Below, piece after piece: positions 35,053 through 44,651 of a DNA stretch of 64,000 nucleotides. Position 1 is the stretch's first letter; each line of letters begins with the position of its first letter. The notes beneath the pieces were generated by a model. That model saw nothing but the letters and a program-made list of their open reading frames with translations, did no database searches and was not told the origin of the DNA. A program made the position numbers and the translations under genes. The DNA comes from Candidatus Omnitrophota bacterium (GTDB lineage Bacteria > Omnitrophota > Gorgyraeia > Velamenicoccales > JABMQK01), in contig JAQTSV010000001.1 in assembly GCA_028711115.1 (NCBI GenBank), positions 198,032 through 262,031 on the forward strand. The letters run 5' to 3'.

Positions 35053-36547
35053 AAAATCAATCCATATCCCCTTCCTAAGTCTCTCGGCGGTAAGTTTTAT
35101 CCTCGGCATACTCTTTGCCTATTATATCAAGTTAGATTTTATTATTTTGTATGTGGCAACTTTATTTTCGTTGGGCATTCTGTTTTACTTGTATAAAAAA
35201 CAAAGAGGAAATAACTGTTTGATTATTTTAATATTATTTCTTATCGGAATACTGCATCAAACCAATTTCGCTACTTTATATCCAGACGATATTTATTATT
35301 TAAGCAAACTTAAATTAAATAAAGTAAAAGTAGGAGGGTTGCAGATAAGCCCCATGCAACAAGGGCCTTTTAACAGGTCTTTTGTATTTCTTGCGCAGAA
35401 TATCCGGGTAAACAATTTATCCAGTAAAGTCAATGGCAAGGTTTATGTGCGTTTTAATAAGAAGATTAATTTAAATTACGGAGACCGCCTGGTAATAGAA
35501 GGCAAATTGCTGGCTTTAAAAGAAGGAGGATATTTTAATAATGCGCTGATTCGCCGGGGCATAAGAAGTACTCTGATTGTAGGCAGATACGATTGGATTG
35601 ACAAAGAAGCCATGGGTGGTTTCAGTATTAAAAAAGCGGCTTTTCAGATAAAAGAAAAATTAAAACAACAGTTTAATAATCTTTCTTCTCCGGCAAAAGA
35701 TTTCTACATCGCTTTTATTCTGGGAGACAGGGAAGGCCTGTCCAAAGATATCTATTCCGTATTTAGATATACGGGCACAGTGCATATTCTGGCTATCAGC
35801 GGCCTGCACATAGGTATAGTTATATTTATACTAATTGTATTTTTAAAAGTTTTGAGGTTAAAATTAAAGGCACGATTCATAATCACGGCATTATTTTTGT
35901 TATTTTACAGCTTTATCACGGGGCTCAGGTCGTCGGTGGTAAGGGCTGTGATTATGGGCGTTACTTTTCTTTTGAGTTTTATCGTAAAGAGGGAGTACTA
36001 TATTTATAACTCTTTGGCCTTGGCAGCGATGATTATTCTGGGGATATGGCCTTGGCAGATTTTTGATGTGGGGTTCCAGCTTTCTTTCATAAGCGTGCTC
36101 AGTATCGTTTTTATCAGCCCAAAGATTTTAGCGATCTTGCCCAAAGTAAAAAACAGAATAGTGTCTTTCATAAAGGCATCTTTTGTAGTTTCCTTAAGCG
36201 CTTGTTTGGGCACGGCTCCGTTAGTGGCATATTACTTTGGCATGGTAAGTTTTATTTCGGTGGTAGCAAATATATTCATTGTGTCTTTGATGCCTTTTAT
36301 TCTTGCCGGAGGATTTGTGTATTTGTTGGCGAGCTTTATGTTCCCCGGTCTTACAAAATGGCTTGCCTTAAGCCTTGAATTTATGATTAGCGTATTAATA
36401 TTCCTGGCGATTTATTTTAAGAATATACCTTTTGCTTATTTTTATATTGACAAACCCGCAATCGGGATATTATTAGTATATTATATAATCATTTTGACAA
36501 TCTTTAACAGCCAGAATCTATGGGCATTTTTCAGGAAAAGACCGTAA
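35033..36547 (+). CDS. comEC: ComEC/Rec2 DNA internalisation channel (no beta-lactamase domain)
   Basis: Polytopic, with GTVHILAISGLHIGIV and the competence-domain pattern. TTG start, so the start is uncertain. Confidence 0.8.
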   Translation: MKITPSKKSIHIPFLSLSAVSFILGILFAYYIKLDFIILYVATLFSLGILFYLYKKQRGNNCLIILILFLIGILHQTNFATLYPDDIYYLSKLKLNKVKVGGLQISPMQQGPFNRSFVFLAQNIRVNNLSSKVNGKVYVRFNKKINLNYGDRLVIEGKLLALKEGGYFNNALIRRGIRSTLIVGRYDWIDKEAMGGFSIKKAAFQIKEKLKQQFNNLSSPAKDFYIAFILGDREGLSKDIYSVFRYTGTVHILAISGLHIGIVIFILIVFLKVLRLKLKARFIITALFLLFYSFITGLRSSVVRAVIMGVTFLLSFIVKREYYIYNSLALAAMIILGIWPWQIFDVGFQLSFISVLSIVFISPKILAILPKVKNRIVSFIKASFVVSLSACLGTAPLVAYYFGMVSFISVVANIFIVSLMPFILAGGFVYLLASFMFPGLTKWLALSLEFMISVLIFLAIYFKNIPFAYFYIDKPAIGILLVYYIIILTIFNSQNLWAFFRKRP

Positions 36548-36666
36548 AATTTTTTTAAAGCTTGTAAAAATATACAAATTAAGATAAGATTAGAAATAAT
36601 CAACAAGAAACATTATAAGACAAAAGAAGCAAATCTTAGAGGGGAGAGGGGAGATTTTGGAGGCAA

Positions 36667-37149
36667 ATGAAAAAAACTCAATTGTTCACAGTATGGCTCC
36701 TGCCATTAATTGTAATAGGAGGGATCTTCAATCCTCTGCTGGGTTATCTGGTTGTGGCGATGATGGCATTTTTTCTGTCACTATCTTTATTAAAAGGACG
36801 GTACTGGTGTTGGAATTTATGCCCCCGTGGCGCTTTTTTAGATATTGTTTTATCTAGATTTACTTTGAACAAATTTGTACCCGGTATTTTTACAAAACAG
36901 TGGTTTCGCTGGTTGATATTTACTTTATTTATGGGCTTTTTCGTTTTTCGCATTCTGCATGCAGGCGGTAACCTTTGGGCTCTGGGTGCTGTGTTCGTGA
37001 GCATGTGTATAGTGACGACAATTATTGCAATCATTATAGGTGTTGTTACAAAACACAGAGGCTGGTGCGTGATATGCCCGATGGGAACTCTGCAAGAAAA
37101 GATATATCAGATAGGTAAATCTAAAAAAGATATATTTTCTAACCAGTAA
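36667..37149 (+). CDS. membrane protein with CxxCP Fe-S-like motifs (NapH/MauN-like)
   Basis: Four TM helices, plus RYWCWNLCPRGAF and GWCVICPMGTL. Confidence 0.4.
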   Translation: MKKTQLFTVWLLPLIVIGGIFNPLLGYLVVAMMAFFLSLSLLKGRYWCWNLCPRGAFLDIVLSRFTLNKFVPGIFTKQWFRWLIFTLFMGFFVFRILHAGGNLWALGAVFVSMCIVTTIIAIIIGVVTKHRGWCVICPMGTLQEKIYQIGKSKKDIFSNQ

Positions 37150-37164
37150 CTGTTTTAATTCAAA

Positions 37165-37650
37165 ATGTATAATTATAAAAAGAAAGAAAGGCGAAAATAC
37201 GAACGCTACGATACCGAGGCAAAAATTTATTTCCGGGTCGTCTATGATATTAAAACAAAGATTGAATTTCAGGTTATAGATAAAAGTGGAAAAGGAGAAT
37301 TATTCTCAGAGAAATACCCCGCCATTAGCAGGAATGTAGGCGTGGAAGGAATATCTTTCATCTCGGATCAGCAGCTTAACAAAGGAGACTTTCTTTATTT
37401 AGAAGTTTATCTGCCCGACGATAAAAAGCCGATACATATGGAAGGCCAGGTCAGATGGTCTCAGCAGGCTTCCTTAAAAGCAAAGAAGAAGAATAAGTTT
37501 GATACAGGAGTGAAATTAATAACCGTGGAAGGACAATCTGTGCTGGGTTCAGTTTATTATGATGAAGCCAATAAAGTTGTCTGGAGTGTTGTCTTGGATT
37601 CTGTCTTCGGGAATTTTAGGAAACTTACCCAAAAGAAAAACACGCCTTAA
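37165..37650 (+). CDS. PilZ domain protein (c-di-GMP receptor-like)
   Basis: RRKYER is the RRxxxR motif. NVGVEGISF is a D/NxSxxG variant with S replaced by G. Confidence 0.6.
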   Translation: MYNYKKKERRKYERYDTEAKIYFRVVYDIKTKIEFQVIDKSGKGELFSEKYPAISRNVGVEGISFISDQQLNKGDFLYLEVYLPDDKKPIHMEGQVRWSQQASLKAKKKNKFDTGVKLITVEGQSVLGSVYYDEANKVVWSVVLDSVFGNFRKLTQKKNTP

Positions 37651-37739
37651 TCAGAATAAGGCAGATAGTTTTTCTATCCAACCCCAAAGGCCTTATTTTA
37701 AATGATATTTATTAGAATGGCTGGCCGAGAATAATTATT

Positions 37740-38951
37740 ATGTCTGAAGAGAAAAGATATCAAACACACATAGAACATGGATTAAGTTTATTATTGCTGG
37801 CCGGTTGTTTTTTAATTATCGTCATTTTCTTTTTTAGTCAACTTTTCGAATCCTCCCGCAAACATTTCTGGGGTGATGAAACTTATGCTTTGAACTACTG
37901 CGTTAGAAATCATAGTTATATTAATATTTTATTAAACGGAGCGCAGCCGCAAGGCAGCCCCGCGCCTCTCGACTACCTGGCTTGCAAGGCGTTGGATCAG
38001 ATAAAAGAAAAAGTATCATATTTTGGCTTGGAGCCGGAAGTTTATTTTCGTTTGTTCGCCAATTTAATTACAGCGCTTAGCGTATTAGTGGTTATGGTTA
38101 TTTTCAGAAGAGAAATAATAGTCAGCAAAGAGGATGCGCCTGTGAAAACAGCTCAGTTGTTATTGCTTTTATTTGTGCCGATAGCTTTTTTATTTAATCG
38201 GCAAGTTTACTACTATGCCGCAGAGATGAGGCCTTATGCTTTATGGAATTCTATCTTTTTTATTGTATTGGCGGTTACCCTATCAGACAAAAAGAACAGC
38301 TGGTTATTGTTTACCATGCTGGTTCTTCTCGCATTTTCGGCAACGGCAGCAGTTTTTCAGATTAGTTCATTAGCCCTGGCTTATTTCATAATAAATTTGT
38401 TACAACAGCAAGATTTTAAAAAAATATTTATAAATGCCGTAAAATTATTCGCGTTGCCATTTCTTATTGTTTTATATTACTGTTTTCATGTAGGGAAAAT
38501 GGGTTTCGTTTCTTCTTTGGATGGTTCATGGAGTGATTTTTTTACCTTATGGAAACACCAATCAATAATACCTATTATTATGGTTGTTGCAATTGCAATG
38601 TGTTTTGCCAAGAAAGAAAACATAAAATACGCTATAGCGCCGTTATCTTTTCTTATCCTTTTTATGTTAGGGCCGTTAATATTCTGGGTTACCTGGTTTA
38701 AAAAGTTCTTTTTCTGTGATCGGCAATTTATATATTATGCACTAACCAAGCCGATTTTTGTTTTAACAGCCATAAAATGCATGCCCGCCTATGCAAGAAA
38801 TATAAAATCAAAAAATATTGCCATAATGATTCTTATCATTTTTTGCATTATCGGCGCTGCTTTGACGCTTAGACCAAAAATCATTATGAAATTCAAAAGG
38901 GCAATATCCAATGTCGTGAGTATAAATTTACAACAATATACAAATAACTGA
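37740..38951 (+). CDS. polytopic membrane protein, possibly GT-C-type glycosyltransferase
   Basis: About 10 TM helices. An early-loop GDETYAL motif is reminiscent of GT-C/ArnT-like enzymes. Weak call. Confidence 0.3.
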   Translation: MSEEKRYQTHIEHGLSLLLLAGCFLIIVIFFFSQLFESSRKHFWGDETYALNYCVRNHSYINILLNGAQPQGSPAPLDYLACKALDQIKEKVSYFGLEPEVYFRLFANLITALSVLVVMVIFRREIIVSKEDAPVKTAQLLLLLFVPIAFLFNRQVYYYAAEMRPYALWNSIFFIVLAVTLSDKKNSWLLFTMLVLLAFSATAAVFQISSLALAYFIINLLQQQDFKKIFINAVKLFALPFLIVLYYCFHVGKMGFVSSLDGSWSDFFTLWKHQSIIPIIMVVAIAMCFAKKENIKYAIAPLSFLILFMLGPLIFWVTWFKKFFFCDRQFIYYALTKPIFVLTAIKCMPAYARNIKSKNIAIMILIIFCIIGAALTLRPKIIMKFKRAISNVVSINLQQYTNN

Positions 38952-39125
38952 CACAGAGATTTCCACTAAGAAAAACCCTTATAAAAACTAATTTTGCTCC
39001 ATAAAAATCAAGGGAACAAAAATAATGGTAGTGTATAAGTTGAGTTAATGATGTTAAGGTGAACGATTTAATGCAAGCTGGGTGTTTCATTGACAAAATA
39101 AAGACGGTATGATAGGATTGTCGAT

Positions 39126-40070
39126 ATGCGCAGAACCATAATAATTACTTTTATAATATTCTTTTGTGCAGTCAATGCAAGCTATGCCTTTTGGCTTTGG
39201 AATCCTAAAACTAAGGAGTTTACCAACCCCCAATGGACAGTCAAGGATAGCCCAAAGGCGCAATTACAGTTTGCAAAAGAAGTGCTCAATACGGGAAATT
39301 ATAAGAATGCACTGGTTGAATTCAGGAATTTGCTGAGGCATTATCCTGAGAGCCAGGAAGCTTCGGATGCACAATTTTATGTAGGCGAATGCCTGGAAAA
39401 GATGGATAAGCCATATGATGCCTATTTAGCTTATCAGAAGGTCATTGATAAATACGCCTTTAACACCAAGATGGACGAGGTCTTGCAGCGGGAATTTAAT
39501 ATCGCCAATACATTAGCCGATGCAAAAGTTAAAATCTTAGGTCTGGATTTTCCGCAGTACTATTACGCCATTACAATATATAGAAAAATTATCGAGAATT
39601 CCCCCTATAGTAAACTCGCTCCCCTGAGTCAGTATAAGATCGGACTTGTCTTGAAAACCTCCGGAGATTTTGCAGGGGCGAAGAAAGAATTTGAGAAGGT
39701 AATTTCTACTTATCCTGATAGCGAATGGGTAGAGGCATCTAAATTTCAGCTGGCTAAAAGCGCCTCTCTGGTTTCTTTAGATGCGGATTATGATCAGGAG
39801 GCGACCAAAGAAGCAAAGGACAGATACGAAGAGTTTGTATCCACGCATCCAGAGGCAGAACTCTCCAAAGAAGCCAAAGAAGAGATAGTCTCTCTTACCG
39901 ATAAGGAAGCAGAAAAAGATTTTAATGTAGGGCAGTACTACGAGAAGCAGAAAACCTACACCAGCGCCGGAATATATTACGAAGACGTTATCAGTAAATA
40001 TCCCAAGAGTGTTTGGGCGCAGCGGTCTTTAGAGAGGATTCAGGTTTTAAAGAAAGAAGGAAAGCTATGA
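39126..40070 (+). CDS. TPR-repeat outer-membrane assembly factor, BamD/YfiO-like
   Basis: Signal peptide, repeated TPR-like units (YPESQEASDAQFYVGEC, YPDSEWVEASKFQLAKS, YPKSVWAQRSLERI), and position directly upstream of lptE. Confidence 0.55.
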   Translation: MRRTIIITFIIFFCAVNASYAFWLWNPKTKEFTNPQWTVKDSPKAQLQFAKEVLNTGNYKNALVEFRNLLRHYPESQEASDAQFYVGECLEKMDKPYDAYLAYQKVIDKYAFNTKMDEVLQREFNIANTLADAKVKILGLDFPQYYYAITIYRKIIENSPYSKLAPLSQYKIGLVLKTSGDFAGAKKEFEKVISTYPDSEWVEASKFQLAKSASLVSLDADYDQEATKEAKDRYEEFVSTHPEAELSKEAKEEIVSLTDKEAEKDFNVGQYYEKQKTYTSAGIYYEDVISKYPKSVWAQRSLERIQVLKKEGKL

Positions 40071-40606
40071 AGAAATTAATTATTCTTGGTTTTGTATTGT
40101 TGTTTCTCGGTTTTTACGGTTGCGGTTACACTACCAGGGCTTATGTGGGTCCTTACAAGACTATTTATATAGCACCTTTTAAAAACAGCATAAACATAGC
40201 ATCCGAAAAAGCCACATACTCAAATTATCTGACATACTATCCTCTCCTGGAATCAGCCATTACTCAGGCAGTCGTAGACAGGTTTATTTTAGATGGCAGC
40301 CTGAAGGTTGTGAAAGAAAGTGATGCCGACGTCGTGCTTAAAGGAGAGCTTATATCTTATGACAGGAATCCTTTGAGATACGCCGCTAACAATGAAGATG
40401 CGACAGAATATCGCATAACCCTGACCGTTAATATGGGTTTTTACAGGGGTAAAGACGGAACGGAGATTTCCAAAAAGAACGGGTTCTCCGGTGATACCAG
40501 TTATTTTATCACTGGCTCACAGGCCAAATCTGAAAAGGCCGCATTAGATGATGCCATAAAAGATCTGGCTCGTCGGATTGTGGAGGATTTTGTTGAAGTA
40601 TGGTAG
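40067..40606 (+). CDS. lptE: LPS-assembly lipoprotein LptE-like
   Basis: Start re-chosen at MKKLIILGFVLLFLGFYGCGYTT, giving a lipobox and an ATGA overlap with the upstream stop. It sits upstream of holA, as in E. coli leuS-lptE-holA. Confidence 0.55.
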   Translation: MKKLIILGFVLLFLGFYGCGYTTRAYVGPYKTIYIAPFKNSINIASEKATYSNYLTYYPLLESAITQAVVDRFILDGSLKVVKESDADVVLKGELISYDRNPLRYAANNEDATEYRITLTVNMGFYRGKDGTEISKKNGFSGDTSYFITGSQAKSEKAALDDAIKDLARRIVEDFVEVW

Positions 40607-41262
40607 AGTTTTGCTATCTATTTTTAGGGGAAGAAGAGTCAGTCAAAAAAGAAAAAATAGAGGCAATAAAAGAGAGGTATTTAGACAAAGAACTTAAGGA
40701 CATAGATTTTGAAGTTGTGTATGCGGACAACAAAGAATTAAGCCCGCCCAGATTTAATGAGATTTTAAGTTATCTTCCTTCAAACCCGTCCAAAAAAAGA
40801 ATAATCCTCATAAAAAATATAGAATCTCTGAAACAGGAAAACAGGGATGTCCTGATGAAATATCTGGGCAATCCCGCAAACTCTATTGTGTTATTACTTG
40901 ATTCCGGAAAACTAACCATAGAGGATCCATTCGTTAAAATACTTGAGCCTTTTGTAAAGAAGCTCAATTTTAAAAGAGAAAGAAAGCCCAGCGTATTTGA
41001 TTTAACGGAGGCAATAGTCGCCCGCAAGACAGCCTCGGCTTTGAGTATTTTAAAGACGCTTCTGAATAATCGGGAGAATCCGGAGAGTATTTTAGGTGCT
41101 TTATTCTGGCAGTGGGAGAAGATGAAAGACCGGATAAATCTTGAAAATTTCAGGCAGGGCCTGAAATTATTGCTGGAGACAGATATAAGGATTAAAACCG
41201 GAAAGCTTAAAGAAGAGCTTGCTTTGGAACTGGTGGTTATCCGTTTATCTTATTTAGTTTAA
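40600..41262 (+). CDS. holA: DNA polymerase III delta subunit-like (short)
   Basis: YLFLGEEESVKKEKIEAIKERYL fits the delta N-terminal pattern, and the gene has lptE-holA-rpsT synteny. At 220 aa it is shorter than typical. Confidence 0.5.
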   Translation: MVEFCYLFLGEEESVKKEKIEAIKERYLDKELKDIDFEVVYADNKELSPPRFNEILSYLPSNPSKKRIILIKNIESLKQENRDVLMKYLGNPANSIVLLLDSGKLTIEDPFVKILEPFVKKLNFKRERKPSVFDLTEAIVARKTASALSILKTLLNNRENPESILGALFWQWEKMKDRINLENFRQGLKLLLETDIRIKTGKLKEELALELVVIRLSYLV

Positions 41263-41503
41263 TGCTAAGACGAGACTTTTTACGACTGGCTGTATTTTTA
41301 GATAGCAGACCCTTGGAAACGGCTTTATCCAATTTGGAAATAGCTTCCTTGAGGGCTTTTTTAACCTCTTCAATATTTTTGGCGGCTAATAGACTCTGAA
41401 GTTTCTTTAGAGATTTTTTTAAATCCTCTTTGATTCGGATGTTTCTTAGCCGTCTTTTTTTATCGACACGCAGTCGTTTTGCAGCACATTTTCTCTGTGG
41501 CAT
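41237..41503 (-). CDS. rpsT: 30S ribosomal protein S20
   Basis: Carries AKRLRVDKKRRLRNIRIKEDLKKSLKKL and LLSKNTASRKKSRL. 88 aa. Confidence 0.9.
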   Translation of the reverse strand: MPQRKCAAKRLRVDKKRRLRNIRIKEDLKKSLKKLQSLLAAKNIEEVKKALKEAISKLDKAVSKGLLSKNTASRKKSRLSIKLNKING

Positions 41504-41572
41504 GATATTTTCCTTTCTTTATCAGGTTAATTTTTATATCATAGAAGGAAAGAGTTGTCAATTCTTTAATTT

Positions 41573-43138
41573 ATGTCTAAAAAATCACTAGTCAAATCAG
41601 CGTCAATTATCAGCGGGGCGACACTTTTGTCGCGCGTCTTGGGTTTTGTCAGAGACGTGGTAATGGCCAGGACATTCGGCACAGGCTGGATTGCACAGGC
41701 GTTCTTCGTCGCCTTCAGAATTCCTAACATGTTTAGGGAATTGGCTGCCGAAGGCGCAAGCAATGCCGCCTTTGTCCCTGTATTTTCCGAGTATCTGGCT
41801 ACAAAAGAACGCAGGGAATTCTGGAAACTGATAAATACCGTATTTGTCGCTTTTGTAATTATAGTAAGTTCTATTGTAGTTATAGGCATGGTGCTTTCGC
41901 CGCTTTTGGTACGTTTGATTGCCCCGGGCTTTATCCAGATGCCGGAGAAACTCAACCTTACCATTTCCATCAATAGGCCTCTGTTCGGCTATTTGATGTT
42001 GGTCTGTATTGCTACTTTTATTATGGGGGTGCTCTACACATTTAAATCATTTTTTGCCCCGTCATTTTCCCCTGTGATTTTTAATGTAGTTCTGATTGTA
42101 AGCATAATTTTTGCGGATAATTCAGTAAGCGGCATATGGAAGGTGGTGGCGGGAGTCCTTGTCGCCGGGATTTTTCAGATTGTGATTCAGTTACCGGCGA
42201 TATTTAAGCAGGGTTTTAAGATTAGGCCTTTTGAGTTTCAGAAAGATATCTTTGGTCATCCAGGAGTAAGGCTAATTGGCCGTCTGCTTGTGCCGCGTAT
42301 TATAGGCACAGCGGTCTATCAATTAAATATTTTAGTCGATACAATATTTGCCTCTTTGAGTTTTCTCGTCGGGCCAGGGGCGATAGCCGCGATATATTAT
42401 TCTTCACGGCTGATTCAGTTTCCTTTGGGTGTTTTCGGACATTCTATCTCCAATGCCTCGCTGCCCACATTATCAGAATTCGCCGCAAGAAAAGAGCTGG
42501 ATAAATTTGCGGAGACAGTCGAGTTCAGCCTGACCAACATTTTATTTATTATGATACCCGCAAGTTTGGGTTTGATTATTCTGTCTCATCCCATAATAAA
42601 ACTTATGTTTGAGAGAGGTCAGTTCAATTCTTATTCGACGATGATTACGTCGGTTGCGCTGGCATTTTATGCGGTAGGCCTGTTTGCTTATGGGGCGAAT
42701 AAATTTCTTGCTTTGTGTTTTAATGCCTTGCAGGATACGATTACGCCCGTGAAAGTTTCAGGCCTAGCACTTCTTATAAACATAGTCCTTAATGCATTGT
42801 TTGTGGTTGTGTTAAAGACAAAGATTGCGGGCCTGGCCTTTGCCAGTTCAATATCAGCAATTATAGCTACCCTTGTTTTATATAATTTTTTGCACAGGCG
42901 TATACAAAAAATAAATTCCCAGTGGATTATGGTGCAGACCATAAAGATGCTATTGGCCAGTATTTTTATGTCTTTGGTAATCTTTTTTGTCTGGCAGAAG
43001 TTGGAACAGTCTTGTAATCCTATTGTGGGTTTGGCTATAACAGTGTGCCTGAGCGTCATAGTTTATATCTTTGCCACTTTTTATTTAAAGGTTTACCAGG
43101 CTACAAATCTCTTCAAATGGATATTAAGGAAAGCATAA
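41573..43138 (+). CDS. murJ: lipid II flippase MurJ
   Basis: Carries SASIISGATLLSRVLGFVRDVVMARTFG. Protein is 14-TM-like and 521 aa. Confidence 0.9.
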   Translation: MSKKSLVKSASIISGATLLSRVLGFVRDVVMARTFGTGWIAQAFFVAFRIPNMFRELAAEGASNAAFVPVFSEYLATKERREFWKLINTVFVAFVIIVSSIVVIGMVLSPLLVRLIAPGFIQMPEKLNLTISINRPLFGYLMLVCIATFIMGVLYTFKSFFAPSFSPVIFNVVLIVSIIFADNSVSGIWKVVAGVLVAGIFQIVIQLPAIFKQGFKIRPFEFQKDIFGHPGVRLIGRLLVPRIIGTAVYQLNILVDTIFASLSFLVGPGAIAAIYYSSRLIQFPLGVFGHSISNASLPTLSEFAARKELDKFAETVEFSLTNILFIMIPASLGLIILSHPIIKLMFERGQFNSYSTMITSVALAFYAVGLFAYGANKFLALCFNALQDTITPVKVSGLALLINIVLNALFVVVLKTKIAGLAFASSISAIIATLVLYNFLHRRIQKINSQWIMVQTIKMLLASIFMSLVIFFVWQKLEQSCNPIVGLAITVCLSVIVYIFATFYLKVYQATNLFKWILRKA

Positions 43139-44331
43139 AATCTCTTCCCCAGGGTCCCGGCGTATATTTGATGAAGGATAAACAGGGCCGGGTAATCTAC
43201 GTAGGCAAGGCCGCAAATATAAAGAAACGAGTGCTTAGTTATTTTTCCAGGCCCCAGCCCAGCTATAAAAACGAAGTTTTACTCAGGCAACTTTACGATA
43301 TTTCTACAATTACTACGGCGTCTGAGCATGAGGCATTTTTATTAGAATCAAGGCTGATTAAACAGCTGAGGCCTCATTACAATATAAGCCTAAAAGACGA
43401 CAAGAGTTTTCCTTTTATAAAAATCACAAGACAGGATTATCCCGGGATTTTTATAGGAAGGAAAAAACCTAACGAAGATGTGGAGTATTTCGGTCCTTAC
43501 ACCAACGCTAAATTGTTGCGTCTGGCATTAAAATCCATAAGAAAGGTATTCAAGTTTTGCAATTGCTATAAATTCCCCAAGAAAGAATGCCTTAATTTTC
43601 ATCTGGGTTTATGTTCTGCGCCCTGCACCGGCAGGATATCCCGGAGAGATTACATAAAAAACATTCAGGATTTTAAACACTTTCTTAAAAGAGGCAGCCT
43701 GAGTCTTACCGGTATTTTAGAAAAACGAATGCAGCATTACGCCAGATTAAAGAAATTCGAAGAGGCGCTAAAGCTGAGGGAAAAAATAAAGGCTCTGGGA
43801 CTGCTTTCTGAACAAAGTAGTTCTGGGGATTGGGATGCGATAGGTTTGGATAGACCGCCTTATCGCATAGAGGCATTCGATGTCTCCAATATTCTTGGCA
43901 ATGAGGCTGTGGGTTCGATGGTTACCTTTATCGGCGGCAAACCCTGCAAAAATGATTACCGCAGGTTCAGGATAAAGATAGTAAAGAATATAGATGATTA
44001 CAAGATGCTTGGCGAGATTTTACACAGGCGTTATAACAGAGTCATAGAAGAAAGCCTGGATAAACCGGATTTAATTGTTATCGATGGCGGCAGAGGGCAT
44101 TTAAATGTAGCGTCAGGCGAGCTAAGATATTTAGGCCTAGACATACCAATTATTGCAATTGCTAAAGACCAAGAATTGATTTATACTGTAACAAGAGAAT
44201 TGCCATTGAAATTAGACAGACACAGCGGAGTTCTTCAGTTAATCCAGCAACTGCGTGATGAGGCGCATAGATTTGCCATAAATTATCATAAATTGCTGAG
44301 AAAAAAGAAGGTTTTTCAAAGAGATGGCTAA
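43117..44331 (+). CDS. uvrC: excinuclease ABC subunit C, short form lacking the C-terminal (HhH)2
   Basis: Start re-chosen at MDIKESIKSLPQGPGVYLMKDKQGRVIYVGKAANIKKR (GIY-YIG). Also has the UVR motif LKKFEEALKLREKIKAL and the endonuclease domain IEAFDVSN. It ends about 200 aa short of typical UvrC. Confidence 0.8.
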   Translation: MDIKESIKSLPQGPGVYLMKDKQGRVIYVGKAANIKKRVLSYFSRPQPSYKNEVLLRQLYDISTITTASEHEAFLLESRLIKQLRPHYNISLKDDKSFPFIKITRQDYPGIFIGRKKPNEDVEYFGPYTNAKLLRLALKSIRKVFKFCNCYKFPKKECLNFHLGLCSAPCTGRISRRDYIKNIQDFKHFLKRGSLSLTGILEKRMQHYARLKKFEEALKLREKIKALGLLSEQSSSGDWDAIGLDRPPYRIEAFDVSNILGNEAVGSMVTFIGGKPCKNDYRRFRIKIVKNIDDYKMLGEILHRRYNRVIEESLDKPDLIVIDGGRGHLNVASGELRYLGLDIPIIAIAKDQELIYTVTRELPLKLDRHSGVLQLIQQLRDEAHRFAINYHKLLRKKKVFQRDG

Positions 44332-44629
44332 GAATTACATGTTTTCTTCTGTTCGTTTCAGCGATTTTCAGAAAAAAGTTTATAGAGCTGTCTTAAGTAT
44401 TCCTTTGGGTCAGGTGCGTAGTTATAGCTGGATAGCAAAAAAGGCCGGTAGGCCCAAGGCTACAAGGGCCGTAGGCACAGCGCTTAAAAATAATCCCTTT
44501 ACGATTTTAATTCCCTGCCACCGCGTTATAAAAACCGACGGATCCTTAGGAGGATACAGCGGCGGTTTAAGGAAGAAGAGAGAATTGCTGGATTTGGAAA
44601 AGAAAATAATATCATCGGTTAAAATTTAG
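44324..44629 (+). CDS. ogt: methylated-DNA-protein-cysteine methyltransferase domain protein
   Basis: IPCHRVI active-site motif and GQVRSYSWIAKKAGRPKATRAVG. Only the C-terminal domain is present, at 101 aa. Confidence 0.8.
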   Translation: MAKNYMFSSVRFSDFQKKVYRAVLSIPLGQVRSYSWIAKKAGRPKATRAVGTALKNNPFTILIPCHRVIKTDGSLGGYSGGLRKKRELLDLEKKIISSVKI

Positions 44630-44651
44630 AAGGATAATTTAAGGAGGAATA

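Noticed and set aside
40013-40066. Upstream extensions of the listed ORFs at 40013 (LptE-like), 43045 (UvrC) and 2743 (lipoprotein)
   Set aside because: The extensions overlap the upstream genes and precede obvious native N-termini (a signal peptide with lipobox, or the GIY-YIG start). Internal starts were chosen instead.
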